Origin: an uncultured Chloroflexia bacterium
Lineage (GTDB): Bacteria; Chloroflexota; Dehalococcoidia; GIF9; UBA5629
Direction of reading: 5' to 3'
Assembly: GCA_963775935.1 (NCBI GenBank)
Contig: CAVZKR010000002.1
Coordinates: 16,929 to 80,928, forward strand
Length of the DNA stretch: 64,000 nt
Under the pieces are notes generated by a model, which did no database searches, was not told the origin of the DNA, and saw nothing but the letters and a program-made list of their open reading frames with translations. Made by a program: the position numbers and the translations under genes. Below are positions 60,665-64,000 of the stretch, piece after piece (position 1 is the stretch's first letter; each line of letters begins with the position of its first letter).

Positions 60665-62721
60665 TCTCTCCGTATAATATAATTTCCATATTCATCAACC
60701 TGGCAGTTAAATCCCTTAGGAAGCACCACAGTAGTTGTTACTTCCTCGACCACCGCCGGTCCTGGGATAACATTTCCAGATTTCAATCTGGAACTATCAT
60801 AGATTGGCGTCTCTATATAGCTACCGTCGAAGAAACATTTCCTCTCTCGTTTCAGTGCTTCTGAGGGATCGCTTGTCCCGGCGGTTGTTTTCCTCAGCTC
60901 TATCTTTTGTGTCCGAATTGTAGCTGTTAGCCGTAGGTTACGAAATTCAACTGGAACCCACGGCAGAGAAAAAGTATATAGTTCTTGATGTTTCTGGTGA
61001 AACTCACTTTCCATCTGCTCGATGTCAGCGGAGTTAGTATCTCCTTCAGGAAGAACCATCTCGAGTTCATGATATTGCCCTTGGTATCGAACGTCCGCAT
61101 ATTTGTTAACTATTAAATCCTCCTTGGATATATGTAATGCCTTGGACTCGTCTAAGGCCTCTGTTGTCATTTCGTGGTATAGCTGGTTCATGGCCTCTGG
61201 TCTAGCAGCTTTGACTGGGCAAATATAAGACCGAATATAGTCACGCCCCATGTTCAGGAAGAACATGCTCCAGGCACAAAAGGAAGCGGCAAATTTCGGG
61301 ACAATAGTCTTTCGCACGCCAAGCAGATCTGCTACAAAAACTCCACACAAACCACCACCACCACCGAATGACAGCAGGCTGAAATCCCTGACATCATAGC
61401 CCTTCTTGGTTGATATTGACGTTATGCCATCTGCCATGTTATGGTTGACTGTGGTGAACATTGCATTTGCCGCTTCTTCAACACTTATTTTCAACGGCTC
61501 AGCAATTTTCTTCATGGCTGATCTAGCTAACTCAACATTCAGTTTAATTTTGCCGCCACAGAAATTATCGGGTGCGATGTATCCCAGAATTACCGCCGCA
61601 TCGGTAACTGTGGGCTCTTTTCCACCCTTATTATAGCAAGCTGGACCTGGCTCAGCTCCAGCGCTGGACGGTCCAACACGGAGCAGCCCCAGTCGGTCCA
61701 ACCAGCCAATGCTCCCTCCTCCTGCCCCAATACTGATGACATCCGCTACCTTAATCCCTATCCTGTCATCATTCAACCAAGTGCCGGCCTTTAAACTTAC
61801 CTGGCCGTCTTTGACTAGACTGGCATCCCAGGTAGTTCCCCCCATATCACCGGTTATAAAGTTCTGCTCCCCGATAATACTACCAAGGTAAACCGCACCC
61901 GCTGGACCAGCTGCAGGACCGGAACCGCTAAGATAGATTGGCTTTCTTACTACCGCTGAAACTGATTGTATATACTGATTGGCTTGCACCATCAAAAGCT
62001 GACCTGTGAAGCCAAATTTACCCAATTTTGTCTCAAGACTATTCAGATACTTGCCAACAATAGGTCCCAGACTCGCGCTAATAACACAAGTGCTCTCTCG
62101 CTCATATTCCCCCATCTTGGGAAGTATACTACTAGAATAAGTGACAAACACACCTTTGAGCTCTCGCTCACAGATCATGGCTGCCTTTTTTTCGTTCTCA
62201 GGATTGACATATGAGTTTATAAAACATATCGCAATTGCTTTAATTTTCTGTTTCTTTATCTTCTCAATTACAATTCCAAGTTCATCCTCGTCTATCGGCT
62301 TGACTATTTCACCGGTGTGTTTGATTTTCTCGTCAACGGTGAACCTGAGATAGCGGGGTACTATTGGTTCATATGGAGGGATCATAGCCTCATACATGGA
62401 ATGTGTTTCAATCTTTAGGCAACGGCGCATCTCAATGATGTCTCTGAAGCCTTCGGTTGTAATCATTGCAGTGCGTGCTAACTTCCTTTGCACCAGGGCA
62501 TTTGTGGCTACGGTGGTTCCATGCACTATCCATTCAGTTTGCTTCAAGAACTCCTCTGGGGATAGTGAAAAAGCAGCCGCCGCTTCTACCAGTGTATTGA
62601 TTACGCCCTCGGAAAAATCGCTCGGGGTGGTCGGCGATTTGAATTCGTGAAGGTTGCCTTTTTCATCCATAACTATACTCTCAGTGAAAGTACCTCCGGT
62701 ATCCAAACACACTCTGAACAT
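60661..62721 (-). CDS. Hydantoinase A / oxoprolinase family protein (HyuA), intact copy in tandem-repeat copy 2
   Basis: 686 aa, with the N-terminus MFRVCLDTGGTFTESIVMDE…. Full length relative to 22561..24627. Confidence 0.85.
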   Translation of the reverse strand: MFRVCLDTGGTFTESIVMDEKGNLHEFKSPTTPSDFSEGVINTLVEAAAAFSLSPEEFLKQTEWIVHGTTVATNALVQRKLARTAMITTEGFRDIIEMRRCLKIETHSMYEAMIPPYEPIVPRYLRFTVDEKIKHTGEIVKPIDEDELGIVIEKIKKQKIKAIAICFINSYVNPENEKKAAMICERELKGVFVTYSSSILPKMGEYERESTCVISASLGPIVGKYLNSLETKLGKFGFTGQLLMVQANQYIQSVSAVVRKPIYLSGSGPAAGPAGAVYLGSIIGEQNFITGDMGGTTWDASLVKDGQVSLKAGTWLNDDRIGIKVADVISIGAGGGSIGWLDRLGLLRVGPSSAGAEPGPACYNKGGKEPTVTDAAVILGYIAPDNFCGGKIKLNVELARSAMKKIAEPLKISVEEAANAMFTTVNHNMADGITSISTKKGYDVRDFSLLSFGGGGGLCGVFVADLLGVRKTIVPKFAASFCAWSMFFLNMGRDYIRSYICPVKAARPEAMNQLYHEMTTEALDESKALHISKEDLIVNKYADVRYQGQYHELEMVLPEGDTNSADIEQMESEFHQKHQELYTFSLPWVPVEFRNLRLTATIRTQKIELRKTTAGTSDPSEALKRERKCFFDGSYIETPIYDSSRLKSGNVIPGPAVVEEVTTTVVLPKGFNCQVDEYGNYIIRRE

Positions 62722-63235
62722 ACTATTGCTCCTTTACCTTATTTCTTTTATTGCTTTTCTGTGCTTGGCAATAATAACAAATGGTAAAATCCAGTTTCTC
62801 CGCTAAATTCACATCTATTTTCAGTTTGCGATATAACGTATTTGATCTTATTCCCAATATGTCTCATCTGTTTCCAAAATGCCTTCAAATACTGGTGGGA
62901 TAGTATAAGCCATAGTTTTTTCTTATATCAAAACAAACTTTGCTATCCAGTATGGTCCAGTGGATGTCAATATCAATACTTCGTTTTCTGGCTCGCAACC
63001 TATTGTATTTTAAATCATGCCTAATGCATTGTGTATTGGGTGGCTCCATTGGACAGGGCCGCCATTAGTATGCATACGCATCTGGATGATGCCGTTTTTC
63101 CGCTCCAAGATAAAATGTTCCTTATATTGTTCCTTTTCGGTACTTCTCCTGCTAACATTTTCAACTCCTTTCGTTTTAAACTTTTAACCTTGATCTGCTC
63201 CATCCTGATTACGTATAAGCCGGGGTCTCACCGGG

Positions 63236-63500
63236 GTGAATCTTTTTCCACTTTTTCAATATCTGCTCACGGCTCTCTTTATGATTCGGATCAGGAACAG
63301 GAGCATTTACCGGGCACACTCCATAGCATTGGGAAGACTCATGGGCACCTACACACTCGCTGCACTAATCTGGATCGATAACATAGATTACCTTTCCCTC
63401 GCTAATTGCTCCGTTGGGGCACTCTAACTCGCATGAACCATAGCTAACATAGTCCTCAGTAATTACGTTCTCCCCATTAACTCTCAAACGCTTCCATGAG
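63236..63500 (-). pseudogene. Degenerate 2×[Fe-S] ferredoxin-like ORF with an in-frame TAG and a partly lost first Cys motif
   Basis: The minus-strand translation is …ENVITEDYVSYGSCELECPNGAISEGKVIYVIDPD*CSECVGAHESSQCYGVCPVNAP…, with the stop at the position where Asp/Glu-x-Cys is expected. The second motif is C-x2-C-x8-C-x3-CP, as in Alvin-type ferredoxins. It is not in the ORF track because of the internal stop. Confidence 0.3.
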
Positions 63501-63584
63501 AGCTGCAATAAAAGTGCGCCCACTACTACTATCTTCTGCCAAAGCAGTGGCTGTTTTTAAATCACGCTTTTTCCTTTTTCATTG

Positions 63585-64000
63585 TTAATAGCCTGAAGGT
63601 GGTACTTGTTTGTATGCCTCCACAGGAATTGCTACGAACTTATTGTCGACCTTACTAATTTTACAAACATACGCATCCCTGATAGCAAATTTGGTCTTCG
63701 TATCAAAGCTAATCCTACCCTGGCAGGATGGGAAATCAAGTGCCAGAAGCGCCTGTTTGACTTTCTCAGGTGTGGTGTCACCACTAGTAGCTTTCAATGC
63801 TCTCAAAACCGTTTCGGCAGTTATATAACCTGTAGCATGCAATTCTTCCGGGAGGTTACTTGTTTTCCTTTGCCATGCCTCATTGAACTTTTTAGCTTCA
63901 GGAGTATCAAGTTGATAGGGGTAAATTGACAGCAAATATTCACCCACCATGGCATCGGCTGCTGCTGGTGGGAGACGGTTCAACAGAAACATCTGAACAA
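63585..64000 (-). CDS. ABC transporter substrate-binding protein (LivK-like), C-terminal part; the gene continues beyond the window end
   Basis: The C-terminus aligns to the C-terminus of the SBP at 29574..30812 (…NALKATGGDTTP…VYVCK…VPP.GF). No start codon lies within the window. Confidence 0.7.
   Translation of the reverse strand, partial: VQMFLLNRLPPAAADAMVGEYLLSIYPYQLDTPEAKKFNEAWQRKTSNLPEELHATGYITAETVLRALKATSGDTTPEKVKQALLALDFPSCQGRISFDTKTKFAIRDAYVCKISKVDNKFVAIPVEAYKQVPPSGY

Larger units (their letters stand above)
58899..63135. repeat. Tandem direct repeat, copy 2
   Basis: The hyuA half and upstream region are >99% identical to copy 1. The hyuB half is about 90-95% identical, with a diverged C-terminus. 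Confidence 0.75.

Noticed and set aside
1-64000. Looked for CRISPR arrays, integrases, transposases, toxin-antitoxin pairs, restriction-modification or other defence genes, and rRNA genes.
   Set aside because: None was found. No short regularly spaced direct repeats, no tyrosine or serine recombinase, no DDE transposase and no nuclease or helicase defence modules were recognisable in any frame.

Overview
This 64-kb window looks like an accessory or catabolic region of an anaerobic bacterium, about 47% GC, with the metabolic flavour of Chloroflexi/Dehalococcoidia or Desulfobacterota; that taxonomic guess is inference only. Two gene families dominate: pyrogallol-hydroxytransferase (PHT)-like molybdopterin enzymes and hydantoinase/oxoprolinase (HyuA/HyuB) enzymes.

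Main content:
- Three full-length PHT-like large (alpha) subunits, one Fe-S beta subunit, one beta remnant and one alpha N-terminal fragment.
- HyuA/HyuB-family genes: three apparently intact hyuB, two intact hyuA, and two frameshifted copies. They sit directly next to the PHT genes in three separate clusters, which points to a conserved PHT-alpha/beta plus HyuAB module of unknown function.
- A Psr/Dms-like three-subunit molybdoenzyme (NrfD membrane subunit, alpha subunit, 4Fe-4S subunit) whose alpha subunit is split into four ORFs.
- An acetylene-hydratase-like W/Mo enzyme next to a divergently oriented IclR-family regulator with a clear sigma70-like promoter.
- A family III CoA-transferase followed by two OFA-type MFS transporters (a third lies further downstream), and a MarR regulator.
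- A Liv-type ABC transporter, a 3-hydroxybutyryl-CoA dehydrogenase, and housekeeping genes (tilS, Smr, a histone-deacetylase/AcuC homologue, a CorC/HlyC transporter, DUF2344, a histidine phosphatase, a CAP-domain protein).
- A large repetitive secreted protein made of tandem ~115-aa repeats.

Structural oddities:
- A ~5.1-kb tandem duplication (hyuB-hyuA plus its upstream region). Each copy has one intact and one disrupted gene, in complementary fashion.
- Two full copies and one partial copy of a ~165-nt element on the minus strand. Each full copy carries a tRNA-Gly(UCC)-like 3' half but no recognisable 5' half. They bracket a ~9.4-kb segment.
- Two ~81-bp palindromic repeat elements in opposite orientation.
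- Many frameshifts and gene remnants. Several lie at homopolymer runs, so some may be sequencing or assembly indels rather than genuine pseudogenes.

No CRISPR array, integrase, transposase or rRNA was seen.
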